Positions 10,167 to 25,214 of a DNA stretch of 50,140 nt are shown piece by piece. The first letter of the stretch is position 1, and each line of letters starts with the position of its first letter. The notes beneath the pieces were generated by a model. The model saw only the letters and a program-made list of their open reading frames with translations. It had not been told where the DNA came from and ran no database searches. Origin of the DNA: a virus (Duplodnaviria; Heunggongvirae; Uroviricota; Caudoviricetes); the IMG/VR virus record IMGVR_UViG_2522572023_000006. One strand, given 5' to 3'. The position numbers were made by a program, and so were the translations under genes.

Positions 10167-10807
10167 TTTTCGGAATACCTCTCCCGTTTACTCAGTTGTT
10201 CAGGCAGATGGTGAAGCAGTTCACCGTTGCCGCAGTATATGGCGGCATGATTGGCCACCGATGCGCCAAAGCAGCACAGCAGGATATCGCCAGGCTGTGC
10301 GGAAGGCAGGGAAATCCTGTAAAAACCAGTCGCCTCCATATTGTCCAGGTACAGGTTCTGACCATTGCGCCACCAGTCATCCTCACGCTCAAAATCCGGC
10401 ATATCAATTCCCGCCAGATGGTACGCATCCCGGAACAGGGTGTAACAGTCCGTCACCCCGTGTTCAAAGCGCCGTCCGGTCAGGTGCGGAACGCAGCGGA
10501 ATTTGTGAATGTCACCCCGGCAGACCAGCCACCAGGACAGTGCACTTTTTATCTGCAGCCGCCGGTCGGCCTCGCTCAGCCAGGGCAGACCACCGGGATG
10601 ACTGTGGACCAGTGCCACAATCTCCCCCTGCATCTCTGCCCGCAGCCAGTCTTCCGGTGCAATACGAAAATACGCCTCCGGCTCTGCAGAGATATTCACA
10701 CAAGGGATATACCGCTCCCCCTCCGGCGTTCTCACCACGAAGCCGCACGACTCCGCAGGCACACACCGCCGTGTGTGTGCCAGAATCACTGATTCTGTCT
10801 GTGTCAT
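10064..10807 (-). CDS. K: Tail assembly protein K
   Basis: 247-aa ORF matching lambda K, with a JAB/MPN-like HSHPGG motif and an NlpC/P60-like C-terminal part. Confidence 0.85.
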   Translation of the reverse strand: MTQTESVILAHTRRCVPAESCGFVVRTPEGERYIPCVNISAEPEAYFRIAPEDWLRAEMQGEIVALVHSHPGGLPWLSEADRRLQIKSALSWWLVCRGDIHKFRCVPHLTGRRFEHGVTDCYTLFRDAYHLAGIDMPDFEREDDWWRNGQNLYLDNMEATGFYRISLPSAQPGDILLCCFGASVANHAAIYCGNGELLHHLPEQLSKRERYSEKWQRRTHSVWRHRHWHASAFTGIYNDLAAASACM

Positions 10808-10812
10808 TGGAT

Positions 10813-11511
10813 TTACTGCGAAAGTTTGTTAATGGAAAGGAAACCGCCAAAATTAGCCACCATGCCGCGCATCTCACACCCGCGCATGCACTTGCTGCAT
10901 CTGTCCTTACGGATATCCGTGGTGGGGTTGTCGAACTCATCCGCCACCGCAGGACCGTTATACCCGCATTCATCTCCCCGGTAATCCCACATACAGGTGT
11001 TCGCCAGCATGATGCGACCGGGAAACAGCGCCCCGTCCGTCTCGGTCGGTGTGGCCAGCACAAACGAGGCCGTCATGGCCGTCAGCGATGACATCTGCTC
11101 CACCACCCAGCGGTCTCTCAGCTCCTGCTCCGGGTCCGCTTCCGGATTGCCTGCCACAAAGTTCACCGCATCCAGAAAACGGGCATACACCCGGCGGCGG
11201 ACCACCGTGGCACCCACCAGGCTCTGCAAATCCTCCGCCATCCCGGTGACAAGACCGAACAGATTGGACACCGTCAGCGACGGGCGGGCACTGCTGCCCT
11301 TTCCGTTCATCTCAAAGCCACTCCCCTCAATCGGGTACGCCTGATATTCACGCCCCTGCCAGGTCACCGGCTCCCCTTTTTCATTCAGCTCATTGCAGAA
11401 AAAATACCGCTCACCGCCCTGCACCGTCAGGTCGATTTCCCAGAGTACCACCCGCGGTGACTGCTCTGACTTAACCGACTCGTTAAGAGTTTCTTCGTGA
11501 ATATCCTGCAT
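10813..11511 (-). CDS. L: Tail assembly protein L
   Basis: 232-aa ORF matching lambda L, including a C-terminal Cys cluster. Confidence 0.85.
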   Translation of the reverse strand: MQDIHEETLNESVKSEQSPRVVLWEIDLTVQGGERYFFCNELNEKGEPVTWQGREYQAYPIEGSGFEMNGKGSSARPSLTVSNLFGLVTGMAEDLQSLVGATVVRRRVYARFLDAVNFVAGNPEADPEQELRDRWVVEQMSSLTAMTASFVLATPTETDGALFPGRIMLANTCMWDYRGDECGYNGPAVADEFDNPTTDIRKDRCSKCMRGCEMRGMVANFGGFLSINKLSQ

Positions 11512-11840
11512 CAGTTCACCACCTGCTTAAACTCCGCGCTGAACTCAACGCGCAACATCCCGACCCGCGCAGACCACCCGGCACAGGTCACCTTTATCTG
11601 CCGGTATGCATAGGGTGGCTTCCACAAAAATGCCTTCCAGCCTCCGTGCTCTGCCAGGAACGCTTCCAGATGCCGGGCCTCCTCCCGGGTCACGGAAAGC
11701 GTCACACGGTATGTTTTCAGGTCAGCATTCAGCCCTGCCGCCATACGCTGTGAGTACCCGTCACCAAAACGCACTTCACGCACCGATGGCTGCGAGTTCA
11801 CCTCCATATCCGGCTTCACTTTCCAGCGAAAGGTTTTCAT
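11511..11840 (-). CDS. M: Minor tail protein M
   Basis: 109-aa ORF matching lambda M; start overlaps the end of H. Confidence 0.85.
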   Translation of the reverse strand: MKTFRWKVKPDMEVNSQPSVREVRFGDGYSQRMAAGLNADLKTYRVTLSVTREEARHLEAFLAEHGGWKAFLWKPPYAYRQIKVTCAGWSARVGMLRVEFSAEFKQVVN

Positions 11841-14449
11841 CGCCCGCTCCCTGATAACATACCGCCATCACGCAACTGCAGCCGGAGTTCATCCTGCGCC
11901 CCCTTGCGGGCCATGTCATACACCGCCTTCATCAGCTGCGGTCCCGCCTGTCCGTTGATACCGTCGTTCTGAATCACCACGTGATTGTTCTGATTAAAAT
12001 TAATGCCTTCCGCCCGCCGCATCTGCGCCGGACTTCCGGCACCACCCACATAACCACCTTCCGCATAGCCGCGCATCAGACGGTAAAGATTCCCCACACC
12101 TATCCGGCTGGTTGCCTCTTTCGTGAAAACAAACTCCCCGCGGTGAACTATCCCCGCAGGCTCATATTTGCCGCCCGTCCCCGTAAATCCTCCGGTCGCG
12201 AAATGGAAGTTCGCCGCCGCAGCCTCAATGGCCGTCCCCGAGGAAGCAGATGCACCACCACCGAAAGCACCGCCAATGGCGCTGCCGATACGCCCGACAA
12301 TGCCCACCATGGCCTGTTTAAGCAGGATTTCTGTCATCATGGACAGCACCGAACGGGTGAATCCCCGCCAGTCTGCCTCTGCACCGGTCAGCATCGCCGC
12401 CATATTCTGTGCAATACCGTCAAAGGTCTGCGTGGCAGCACTTTTAACCTGCGAAAAACTGTCCGTCGCACTTTCCGCCCACTCGCCCCAGCCGGACTTC
12501 AGCCCGGCCATCCAGCTTCCACGAAGCTGCTCCTCCGCAGACCAGGTGTTCTTCAGTGCCGATGTGGCCTTCGCCAGCGCAGCCGGATTATCACCGTACA
12601 CGTCCCGAAGACGCTGCGCTTCAGACTCCCGCTGCGCCTGACGGTCAGTGAGACCGCGGGCTTTTGCGCTGATGGCGGCCTGCTTCGCGCTCTGTTGCTC
12701 TTCAAACCGCACCGCCTGCTGTGCCAGCTCATTCAGGCGTTTCTGGTATTCAACCTTGTCGCCCAGCTCAGCCAGCTGGCGTTTGTACTCCAGCGTCTCG
12801 TCTTTATGCGCCAGCAGGGATTTTTCCTGCTCAGATAACTGTCGTTTCGTGGCAGCCTCTTTCAGGACCGCATACTGACTTTCCGCCTTCCATAAATCAC
12901 GGCGCTGCCGGCTGATTTTCTCATTCGCACCGCTGTGTTTTTCCAGCGTCCTGAGCTCAGCTTCAAGGGCAAGCAGAGCCTCTCTTGCCTGCTCCTCTTC
13001 CCTCTCCCCGGCAGAGCGCGTTTTCGGTGATGTATGCTTTTTACCTGTCAGCTCTTCAGCCAGACGGCTGACGGCTTCCTGCTGCCCTGGACCTTTGCTG
13101 ACGCCTGTTGCACGCGAGCGGTTGATGTACCCCATTTCCCCCTGGCGTATACGCGCATCCCGTTCCGCAATGGATTTTCTCAGCGCCAGTTCATCGCGTT
13201 TTGTTTTCTCAATAAATACGCGGTTCTCTTCTGCCAGTTCACCAAACAACGCACCAACGCCGGGCACATTCTTTGTCGTTTCCCAGGCTGACTGAATAAA
13301 TTCAGCCAGCGCCAGATCCCCCTGCACAAGCAGCAGCTTCACTTGTTCAACGGTTCCGGCCACCACGTCAGTGATCAGACTGAGTGCCCCCAGTGTATGA
13401 TCACCTATCCATGCCCATGCGTCAGAAGTCCAGGTTTTAACATCGTCCCAGATTTTTTCCACCGGCGTGGCCGCTTTATCAAGTTGCTCCAGACGTGCAT
13501 TCATGACATCCGCAAACAGGGACATCGCCTCCGTCACCGCAGCCTGTTTACCTTTCGTGCGCTCAAGCTCATCAATATGGCGTAACTGGGAAACGCTCAG
13601 GAAGTTATACTGCTGATTCAGGGAGGCCAGCGCCTTCACCGGATCTGCTGCAATCCCTTCAAAGGCTTTTTCCACCTTCCCGGCATCGTCCCCCACCGTC
13701 TGCAGCCATCTCTGAGAGGTTTCCCCCATGATCCGTAGCTGCCCGGCGGTATATTTCCCGCTTTCTGCCAGACGGGCCAGATTTTCTGCCGCCTGTCTGA
13801 TACCACCACCGGCTTCATCGCTGATCACCCCGGCCATTTTCCACAATTCTGCCGTTGTGGTGGCAGCCGCCCCTCCGGTCAGGATCAGTGAACGCAATAA
13901 GGCCCGGTCAGCCTGCTCTGCCTGCCAGGCGGCGGCAGCAAGCGCGGCCAGTACGGCAACCCCGCCACCTGCCGCCACACGGGCCACCGACATAAATCGT
14001 CCCAGCTCACCGGCATTCCGGGCATTTTCAGCCAGTGCATTTGCCGTATCTGACAGCGACTCCTCTGATGATTCAGAGGCATCCCTGATCCCGAGAAGTT
14101 CCTCCTTCAGCAGGGTAAGCAGGCTGAGCGGTCCACCGAATGAATCGCTGATCTGCCCCCCCTGCTGCAGCATGATAAGGAAGGGATTCTGACCACCGGC
14201 AAGCTGAGTGACAATATCCGTGAACTGTGCGGGCAGTGTGCGCATGGCAGCCTTATACTGTCCGACTGATATCCCGGCTTTTTGTGCCGCCAGCGCCTGT
14301 CGGCTCAGCCCCTGTTCAACAGTACTGGCGGTTTTTCTGGCATCCGCCTCCAGACTGGAAAAATGACGGCGTACCCGGGCCATCTGTTCATCAAACCGGG
14401 CCGCATCCAGACTCAAATCAATAACCAGATCACCCGCTGGCTGGGACAT
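11837..14449 (-). CDS. H: Tail tape measure protein H
   Basis: 870-aa ORF, Ala/Gln-rich and coiled-coil-like; N-terminus and C-terminal third match lambda H. Confidence 0.9.
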   Translation of the reverse strand: MSQPAGDLVIDLSLDAARFDEQMARVRRHFSSLEADARKTASTVEQGLSRQALAAQKAGISVGQYKAAMRTLPAQFTDIVTQLAGGQNPFLIMLQQGGQISDSFGGPLSLLTLLKEELLGIRDASESSEESLSDTANALAENARNAGELGRFMSVARVAAGGGVAVLAALAAAAWQAEQADRALLRSLILTGGAAATTTAELWKMAGVISDEAGGGIRQAAENLARLAESGKYTAGQLRIMGETSQRWLQTVGDDAGKVEKAFEGIAADPVKALASLNQQYNFLSVSQLRHIDELERTKGKQAAVTEAMSLFADVMNARLEQLDKAATPVEKIWDDVKTWTSDAWAWIGDHTLGALSLITDVVAGTVEQVKLLLVQGDLALAEFIQSAWETTKNVPGVGALFGELAEENRVFIEKTKRDELALRKSIAERDARIRQGEMGYINRSRATGVSKGPGQQEAVSRLAEELTGKKHTSPKTRSAGEREEEQAREALLALEAELRTLEKHSGANEKISRQRRDLWKAESQYAVLKEAATKRQLSEQEKSLLAHKDETLEYKRQLAELGDKVEYQKRLNELAQQAVRFEEQQSAKQAAISAKARGLTDRQAQRESEAQRLRDVYGDNPAALAKATSALKNTWSAEEQLRGSWMAGLKSGWGEWAESATDSFSQVKSAATQTFDGIAQNMAAMLTGAEADWRGFTRSVLSMMTEILLKQAMVGIVGRIGSAIGGAFGGGASASSGTAIEAAAANFHFATGGFTGTGGKYEPAGIVHRGEFVFTKEATSRIGVGNLYRLMRGYAEGGYVGGAGSPAQMRRAEGINFNQNNHVVIQNDGINGQAGPQLMKAVYDMARKGAQDELRLQLRDGGMLSGSGR

Positions 14450-15292
14450 ATCTCACACCTCCGGAAATCCCCGCTGAAGCCATCATTAATGCAACATCAT
14501 CCTCGCTGACATCCACCACATCCGCAGAAGGTGAAATATCGCGCCCTCCGTCCCCTCCGAACCGGACGCCTCCGGCAACTCCTGTCGCTTTCTGCATCAG
14601 CATTTCTTCCTCGTCCGGCATCTCCGTCTGCTCTTCCTCACACGCTGGAGCAAGCAGACTGAAATCCGCCGGATGCATATCCGGATCGCCAAAAAACAGG
14701 CTGAGTACGGCGTACATCAGCCCGGAAAAATGAGCGTCCAGTTGGGTATCCTGAAAATAATGCGTGCAGTAAAAACGTCGCCAGTCGGCATATTCGGTGG
14801 ATGTCATCCCGGCAAGCATGGCGCGCCAGTCGGGTCTCCCCATCTCTCGCGCCAGTTTCAGGACAAAGTTCAGCTCGCCTTCGAATGCTTTTTTGATGTT
14901 ACCGGCTCAGTCGCTTCTGCTTTCCCGGTTTGTTCAGGATCGGCATCGTGCCGGTTATCCAGCATACCTGAAAGATAAAGCACCCGGTTCGTTGCCTGAT
15001 TCAGTGCATCAGCAGGCCATCCCAGCATCACTTCACGGCGGATCTGCTGCATCTCTGTCTCCGGAGAGGCCAGAGTGCCTTTGAGGGAATGGGAATGCCA
15101 TAGCGACATCGCCACAAGCAGGGATGCCGTTTCCAGATATCGCTGGTTAATGTGCACGACATAATGCTTCGTTGTCTCCTGTTGTTCTGCGTCTGAAACA
15201 AACTTTATATAATCAAACCGCTGCAGCGCAGACAATTCGGAAAGCGTGACGGACACACCGTTATATTCAAATTGTTCTGTTTTCAGAAACAT
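14430..15292 (-). CDS. Tail assembly chaperone G-T fusion made by -1 programmed ribosomal frameshift
   Basis: The T reading frame (ORF 14430-14843) is open in the -1 frame back through the 3' end of G; slippery heptamer GGGAAAG at 14921-14927. Confidence 0.7.
14870..15292 (-). CDS. G: Tail assembly chaperone G
   Basis: 140-aa ORF matching lambda G; contains the G GGA AAG slippery site near its 3' end. Confidence 0.85.
   Translation of the reverse strand: MFLKTEQFEYNGVSVTLSELSALQRFDYIKFVSDAEQQETTKHYVVHINQRYLETASLLVAMSLWHSHSLKGTLASPETEMQQIRREVMLGWPADALNQATNRVLYLSGMLDNRHDADPEQTGKAEATEPVTSKKHSKAS
14921..14927 (-). other. -1 frameshift slippery heptamer G GGA AAG
   Basis: Located at G codons Gly123-Lys124 by frame arithmetic; conserved position in lambda-like tail chaperone genes. 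Confidence 0.7.
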
Positions 15293-15305
15293 GTATTACC
15301 TCCGT

Positions 15306-16058
15306 TTACCCTGCAGCGCCCGCTTCAGTAACGGTGACTTCAGCCACTGCGGCGAACTGACCATTTCCGCTCACCACAGGGATCTGCACCTTACCTGTCG
15401 CCACGCCGTTTACCGTAATTGTCATATCTTTCACACTAATGGTGGCTTTCGACGGATCGGCGGAAACCGCTCTGAACGTCTTGTCGGTTGCACTTTCCGG
15501 CTCAAAAGAAACCGTCAGGGTGGTTGTTTTCCCTTTTGCCACCGTACCGGATGTCGGCGTCACCTTAATCGCAGTGACCGGCGTAATTTTGCTGCGTTCT
15601 TCCGCTACAGAAGGTTTGCCCACGTTGGTCACTTTCACCGTGCGGGTGATCACTTCTTTCGCCGTCACGGCCTTACCGATACTGCTGACCCAGCCACGGA
15701 ACACATCCACCGTGCCATTTGGGAAACGGATTTTATAGGCCCGCACATCCCCGCTTTCAAACCAGCCTATAAGCCATTTCTGACCTTCTTCTCCCGGTTT
15801 CCAGGCCAGCGTAAAACTGGTATCTCCTGCAGACTTCTGCCCCTGCCCGGTCGCGGTCCAGTCCGCGTCTTCATCATCCAGGTAGTTATCATCGTAGGGT
15901 TCTGCCGTCATCTCGCCCGGCGTCAGATCCTTCACCTTAGCCAGTCGCTGCCAGTCATCGTCTGACAACGGGTTTGCATAAGCATCACCCTTGCCGTTGT
16001 AAACCCACAGAGTGGTACCGGCACCTTTTACCGGCTCAAGGGGATTTGGTGTTGCCAT
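15306..16058 (-). CDS. V: Major tail protein V
   Basis: 250-aa ORF; N-terminal two-thirds match lambda V; C-terminal Ig-like (Big_2-type) domain. Confidence 0.85.
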   Translation of the reverse strand: MATPNPLEPVKGAGTTLWVYNGKGDAYANPLSDDDWQRLAKVKDLTPGEMTAEPYDDNYLDDEDADWTATGQGQKSAGDTSFTLAWKPGEEGQKWLIGWFESGDVRAYKIRFPNGTVDVFRGWVSSIGKAVTAKEVITRTVKVTNVGKPSVAEERSKITPVTAIKVTPTSGTVAKGKTTTLTVSFEPESATDKTFRAVSADPSKATISVKDMTITVNGVATGKVQIPVVSGNGQFAAVAEVTVTEAGAAG

Positions 16059-16065
16059 ATCGTCC

Positions 16066-16461
16066 TCACATCTCGTATGTAATGGAATAAGTCAGATCTG
16101 CAGAACTCCATAACGCCATATCGTCATCACGACGATACTCATAGCCCTGCGTAACCATCGTGGTAATCAGTCCTGCCAGTGCCGGGATATCGCTCATCAC
16201 CGGATAAATCCGGGACTCCATCCACGCATCCAGCTCTGAATCCGGCACCTGAGCAGGCAGGAAAACTTCAATATGCAGCTCCGCCTGCCAGGTATCGCTG
16301 TCCAGCTCTTCGCCCGTGTATTCAGCGCCGGTGAGATAAACGGCAACTGCCGGAAAATCCGCCTCATCAAAAACAGCGGGGCGACCATCAAAAAGCGTCG
16401 CCCCGGTGTCATGCTTCTCCAGTGCATCCAGTACGGCTGCACGGAGTTCAGTATGTTTCAT
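16066..16461 (-). CDS. U: Tail terminator protein U
   Basis: 131-aa ORF matching lambda U. Confidence 0.85.
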   Translation of the reverse strand: MKHTELRAAVLDALEKHDTGATLFDGRPAVFDEADFPAVAVYLTGAEYTGEELDSDTWQAELHIEVFLPAQVPDSELDAWMESRIYPVMSDIPALAGLITTMVTQGYEYRRDDDMALWSSADLTYSITYEM

Positions 16462-17036
16462 CGCTTTATTACCATTCTCAGTTGATGCTGCAGCGCATAG
16501 CCCAGCTCTTTCGGAAGACGTTCACGCCGTATCCGTTCAATATTCTGTTTAAACGCCGTGGTAAGCGGCACCGCCATCGGGATTTTCACCACATCAATGG
16601 GGTAACGGTTTTTCCCGGCCACACGCTGCATGACATGCCACCGCCCATTTTTCAGTTGCTGAATAAACGCGCCGGGAATACGACGGTTACCCACCACAAG
16701 CACGCTGCCGCCACCTTTCAGGGATGAACGCTGCCCCTTTTTACGACGCCTGCGTCGGGACAGGACAACCCGCGCATTCCCCAGCTTGATTACGGGCAAA
16801 TCCCCCCGGTTAACCCTGATTCTGGCCTGCGGATTTTTAACCGTGGCCCTTTTCAGCCTGGCCCTTTCCTTTACCAGTTTCCGGCGTACCTTTGTCTCAC
16901 GGGCAACCTGTGACGCAGACTGCGATATCGCGGATGAAGCAACGCGGTTAATGGCCATTGCTGACGCACCGGGCACCGCCGTTTTGCTGATACGGCTGAG
17001 GTTTTCAACGGCCTGCTCAAGACCTTTTATGGCCAT
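16458..17036 (-). CDS. Z: Tail completion protein Z
   Basis: 192-aa ORF matching lambda Z. Confidence 0.85.
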   Translation of the reverse strand: MAIKGLEQAVENLSRISKTAVPGASAMAINRVASSAISQSASQVARETKVRRKLVKERARLKRATVKNPQARIRVNRGDLPVIKLGNARVVLSRRRRRKKGQRSSLKGGGSVLVVGNRRIPGAFIQQLKNGRWHVMQRVAGKNRYPIDVVKIPMAVPLTTAFKQNIERIRRERLPKELGYALQHQLRMVIKR

Positions 17037-17047
17037 ACATCCCCCTT

Positions 17048-17401
17048 TCAGCGGCGACGGTTAACGGCAGGCGGCACGCCACGCCCAAGCCAGAGATGAC
17101 AGCTTCCGCCATCATCCGGCGAAATCCGGTCTATCCAGAAGTTTTCCTCACCGATGGTCAGCGTGTCTCCACGCCGCAGTTGCCGCACATCATCAGTCCG
17201 GACAAACAGGGACGGGCTGGAGCCTTCAACGCGCACGCCCTGTCCGGCATAGCTGATATTTTCAGGGTCATCAAAAACACCACGTATTACTGCGCCGGAC
17301 TGCTCACCGGATGTCATGGTGGCTGACGTTCCCATGTACCCGCGTATCGTTTCATCGGCGCGGGCAATGGCAGCATCGAACAGGTTATCGAAATCAGCCA
17401 C
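17048..17401 (-). CDS. Head-tail joining protein FII
   Basis: 117-aa ORF matching lambda FII. Confidence 0.85.
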   Translation of the reverse strand: MADFDNLFDAAIARADETIRGYMGTSATMTSGEQSGAVIRGVFDDPENISYAGQGVRVEGSSPSLFVRTDDVRQLRRGDTLTIGEENFWIDRISPDDGGSCHLWLGRGVPPAVNRRR

Positions 17402-17412
17402 AGCGCCTCCCG

Positions 17413-17808
17413 TTATTGCATTCTGGCCAGGCCACGTTCTGTCATTTCGGCTGCCACACCGGCAGAGACACGGAACGCCGTTCCCGGCAGCACAAATGCC
17501 ACAGGTTCATCCCGCGTGGCGTGAAGTGCATCGGTATGCAGCGTCACCAGTGCCACAACCGTGACCAGAGCAGCCGTATCAGTCACGGTATCCGTCTGTG
17601 CTGATACCACCTCATTTTCATGTCCGGTCAGCGCATTTTCCGGGCTGACAGACGTGTCCTGACCGGCTGCGTCATCCGTGTCATCAAGCTCCTCTTCCAG
17701 CTCTGCCACACGGAGCGCCAGTTCTTCTTTCGTCCCCGTCAGGCTGACATCACGGTTCAGTTGTTCACCCAGCGAGCGGAGACGGGCAATCAGTTCATCT
17801 TTCGTCAT
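17413..17808 (-). CDS. DNA packaging protein FI
   Basis: Start MTKDELIARLRSLGEQL as in lambda FI (internal start of ORF 17413-17847). Confidence 0.8.
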   Translation of the reverse strand: MTKDELIARLRSLGEQLNRDVSLTGTKEELALRVAELEEELDDTDDAAGQDTSVSPENALTGHENEVVSAQTDTVTDTAALVTVVALVTLHTDALHATRDEPVAFVLPGTAFRVSAGVAAEMTERGLARMQ

Positions 17809-17849
17809 GGACTCATCCACAGAGAAACAATGGCCCCGAAGGGCCATAA

Positions 17850-18875
17850 TTACGCCAGTTGTACGGACACGAACTCATCAGGGTCAGCCAGCAGCATCAG
17901 CGGTGCTGACTGAATCATGGTGAACTCTCGCGCCGGATCGCCGGTAGTCACCCAGTTTTTCGGGTAACGGGCAGAGGCGTTAATGCCTTCGCGCTGTGCG
18001 TCCGCATCCTGAATACAGCCATAGGTACGCAGACCGCGTGCCTGAGTGTTCCCCAGCACCATCGTGTTGTCCGGCAGGAAGTTCTTTTTGACGCCGTTTT
18101 CCACGTACTGTCCGGAATACACGACGATGGCCACATCGCCATACATTCCCTTATAAGACACCGCTTTGCCCAGGTCTTTTACCGCTGTCTCCAGCTCGGA
18201 ATGAGAGCCGCGACGGGTATCCAGCTTATCCCTGACGGCTTTGAAGGAACGGAACAGCGCCCATCCTTTCGGATCAAACACGATGATATTCACCACGCCG
18301 CTGGCGTTCAGCGCGTAGGCTTCGATATCGTCGGTCGGGTCATACGTGGACTTGTCACGCTTGCTCCACTCCGTGCCACCGGACTGTGTGATGTTGTTTG
18401 CCGCACTGCGGCCCATATCCACCTCAACCGGATCAAAGGCTTCACCGGTCATGGTGTATTTGCCCTTAAGCACGGCAGAAACTGCCTGCATCTCTTCGAC
18501 CTGGGCAATGGCCAGCTCTTCGTCACGCATGTTCTGCATGATGATGCGACGGCGGCGGTAAGCCGGGTCCGCCAGATTCTGCGGATCTTCATCCGGCAGG
18601 CGACGCAGGGTCATCTGCGGATTCACCTCATGCTTCGGCTTGACATATCCCGGCGTAAATTCAGAGGTGGAGCCGCCACGGGAACGGATAACCTCACCGG
18701 AAACAATCGGCGAAACGTACAGCGCCATGTTTACCAGTCCCGGAATTTGTGAGAGATAGACTTTCTCCGTGGTGAAGGGATAGCTCTCACGGAAAAAGAG
18801 ACGCAGAAACAGCGGATCAAACTTAAATTTCTGCTCATTTGCCGCCAGCAGTTGGGCGGTTGTGTACATCGACAT
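17850..18875 (-). CDS. E: Major capsid protein E
   Basis: 341-aa product from MSMYTTAQLLAANEQ, near-identical to lambda E. Confidence 0.9.
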   Translation of the reverse strand: MSMYTTAQLLAANEQKFKFDPLFLRLFFRESYPFTTEKVYLSQIPGLVNMALYVSPIVSGEVIRSRGGSTSEFTPGYVKPKHEVNPQMTLRRLPDEDPQNLADPAYRRRRIIMQNMRDEELAIAQVEEMQAVSAVLKGKYTMTGEAFDPVEVDMGRSAANNITQSGGTEWSKRDKSTYDPTDDIEAYALNASGVVNIIVFDPKGWALFRSFKAVRDKLDTRRGSHSELETAVKDLGKAVSYKGMYGDVAIVVYSGQYVENGVKKNFLPDNTMVLGNTQARGLRTYGCIQDADAQREGINASARYPKNWVTTGDPAREFTMIQSAPLMLLADPDEFVSVQLA

Positions 18876-18930
18876 AAAAAAATCCCGTAAAAAAAGCCGC
18901 ACAGGCGGCCTTTAGTGATGAAGGGTCAGG

Positions 18931-19263
18931 TTAAACGATGCTGATTGCCGTTCCGGCAAACGCGGTCCGTTTTTTCGTCTCGTCGCTGGCAGCCTCCGGC
19001 CAGAGCACATCCTCATAACGGAACGTGCCGGACTTGTAGAACGTCAGCGTGGTGCTGGTCTGGTCAGCAGCAACCGCAAGAATGCCAACGGCAGCACCGT
19101 CGGTGGTGCCATCCCACGCAACCAGCTTACGGCTGGAGGTGTCCAGCATCAGCGGGGTCATTGCAGGCGCTTTCGCACTCAATCCGCCGGGCGCGGTTGC
19201 GGTATGAGCCGGGTCACTGTTGCCCAGCGGCTGGTAATGGGTAAAGGTTTCTTTGCTCGTCAT
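18931..19263 (-). CDS. D: Head decoration protein D
   Basis: 110-aa product from [12 protein letters not shown], matching lambda D. Confidence 0.9.
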   Translation of the reverse strand: MTSKETFTHYQPLGNSDPAHTATAPGGLSAKAPAMTPLMLDTSSRKLVAWDGTTDGAAVGILAVAADQTSTTLTFYKSGTFRYEDVLWPEAASDETKKRTAFAGTAISIV

Positions 19264-19272
19264 AAACATCCC

Positions 19273-20572
19273 TTACACTGGTGTGTTCAGCAAATCGTTA
19301 ACGGCATCAGATGCCGGGTTACCTGCAGCCAGCGGTGCCGGTGCCCCCTGCATCAGACGATCCAGCGCAGTGTCACTGCGCGCCTGTGCACTCTGTGGTG
19401 CTGCGGCCAGAATGCGGCGGGCCGTTTCCACGGTCATACCGGGGGTTTCTGCCAGCACGCGTGCCTGTTCTTCGCGTCCGTGAGCCTCCTCACAGTTGAG
19501 GATCCCCATAATGCGGCTGTTTTCTGCCGCAACCGCTGCGGTGATCTGCGCGTTCACGTCCGGCTGCGCCGCGCTGGCGTTTTCGCCCTCCGTCGCTGGC
19601 ACCACGTCAGTAACGTCAGCCTGCGAAGCAGTGGCTGAAACAGTTGTTGATTGAGTCTCTTTGGTCATTCGCCCTCCTGAGAGACGGGATTTACGTGCAT
19701 CCAGTGCATCACGCATAACGGTGATCGCATCGGTGCTGTTGACAAGTTCATCAGCCAGTCCGGCATCAATGGCCTCCTGACCGCTGTACACTGCAGCCTC
19801 GGTATCCAGCACAGCCTGCACGGACAGGCCGGTATATGCCGACACCTTCTGCGCAAACATCCGGCGGGTTGCATCCATCCGGGACTGCAGTGTTTCCCGG
19901 ACATCACCCGGTAGATGGCTGTAGGGGTTGCCATCCACCTTATGGCTGCCGCTGTAAATCAGCGTGATTTCCACGCCCTGTTTCTCCAGCGCAGCACCGT
20001 AATTACTGTGAGCCATCATGACGCCGATGGAGCCTGTCCGGGCGGTCTGCGTGACCAGACGCCGGGAGGCGGCGCTGGCAAGCAGCTGACCTGCACTGCA
20101 GTTCATGTCGTTGGCCAGCGCCCATACCGGTTTTATGTCTCGCACACGGGCGATGATGTCAGCACAGTCAAATGCTCCCGCCACCATCCCGCCCGGTGTG
20201 TCCATATCCAGCAGAATGCCGTCCACCATCGGATCGCTGGCAGCCTGTTGCAGACGGGCGATAATGCCGTTGTAACCGGTCATTCCCGAATACGGCTGCA
20301 GCGCCCGCGTCCGGCTGACCAGCGTACCGGACACCGGCAGCACGGCGATGCCGTTCATGACCTGATAACTGCGGGCCTGTCGTGGTCCGTCATCATCACC
20401 GGATAACGCCAGCGCCGTGGGTGCCTCTCCGGCAGTCAGGCTGTCGCCGGACACCGCATCCGTCAGGCGGCTGATCCCAAGCTGGCCTGCAAGCGCACAA
20501 AAGAAAACCCGCGCATAGGCGGGTTCAAGCATCAGCGGCTCATTAAAAGCCATGCTGGCAATATGCGGGAGA

Positions 20573-20592
<20 letters not shown>
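19273..20592 (-). CDS. C: Capsid assembly protease C, with nested in-frame scaffold Nu3
   Basis: Lambda C-like sequence beginning at TAELRNLPHIASMAF; the start is probably a non-ATG codon upstream of that; overlaps the end of B. Confidence 0.8.
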
Positions 20593-24273
<3,681 letters not shown>

Positions 24274-24299
<26 letters not shown>

Positions 24300-24819
24300 T
24301 CAGCAACCCCGGTATCAGTTCATCCAGCGCGGCTGCTTTGTTCATGGCTTTGATGATATCCCGTTTCAGGAAATCAACATGTCGGTTTTCCAGTTCCGGA
24401 AAACGCCGCTGCACCGACAGGGGGATCCCGTCGAGAATACTGGCAATTTCACCTGCGATCCGCGACAGCACGAAAGTACAGAATGCGGTTTCCACCACTT
24501 CAGCGGAGTCTCTGGCATTTTTCAGCTCCTGTGCGTCGGCCTGCGCACGCGTAAGTCGATGGCGTTCGTACTCAATAGTCCCTGGCTGGAGATCTGTCTC
24601 GCTGGCCTGCCGCAGTTCTTCAACTTCCCGGCGCAGCTTTTCGTTCTCAATTTCAGCATCCCTTTCGGCATACCATTTTATGACGGCGGCAGAATCATAA
24701 AGCACCTCATTACCCTTGCCACCGCCTCGCAGAACGGGCATTCCCTGTTCCTGCCAGTTCTGAATGGTACGGATACTCGCACCGAAAATGTCAGCCAGCT
24801 GCTTTTTGTTGACTTCCAT
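24274..24819 (-). CDS. nu1: Terminase small subunit Nu1
   Basis: 181-aa ORF near-identical to lambda Nu1 (MEVNKKQLADIFGASIRTIQNWQEQGMPV); overlaps the start of A. Confidence 0.9.
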
Positions 24820-24996
24820 TGTTCATTCCACGGACAAAAACAGAGAAAGGAAACGACAGAGGCCAAAAAGCCCGTTTTCAGCACCTGTCGTTTCCTTTCT
24901 TTTCAGGGGGTATTTTAAATAAAAACATTAAGTTACGACGAAGAAGAACGGAAACACCTTAAACCGGAAAATTTTCATAAATAGCGAAAACCCGCG

Positions 24997-25008
24997 AGGT
25001 CGCCGCCC
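24997..25008 (-). other. cos site: 12-nt cohesive end GGGCGGCGACCT (cosN), with cosB toward Nu1
   Basis: The minus strand reads CAGGTTACG-GGGCGGCGACCT-CGCGGGTTTTCGCTATTTATGAAAATTTTCCGGTTT, the lambda cos junction and left-end sequence. Confidence 0.85.
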
Positions 25009-25214
25009 CGTAACCTGTCGGATCGCCGGAAAGGACCCGCAAAATGATAATAATTATCATCTACATGAGGTTTATCACGACATGTGTGTACGCCATCAAA
25101 CCACGAGAAATAATCAATTATTACGCAGGTATCGTATTAATTGATCTGCATCAAATTAGCGTAAAAGCAACTTCAGATAATACAAATCAGCGACACTGAA
25201 TACGGGGCAACATT

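Noticed and set aside
6555-12838. Many plus-strand ORFs of 60-330 aa overlapping J, I, K, L, M and H (for example 6555-7547, 10117-11091, 11981-12838)
   Set aside because: Antisense frames inside strongly supported lambda-like tail genes, with Arg/Pro/Cys-rich composition typical of spurious ORFs in GC-rich DNA.
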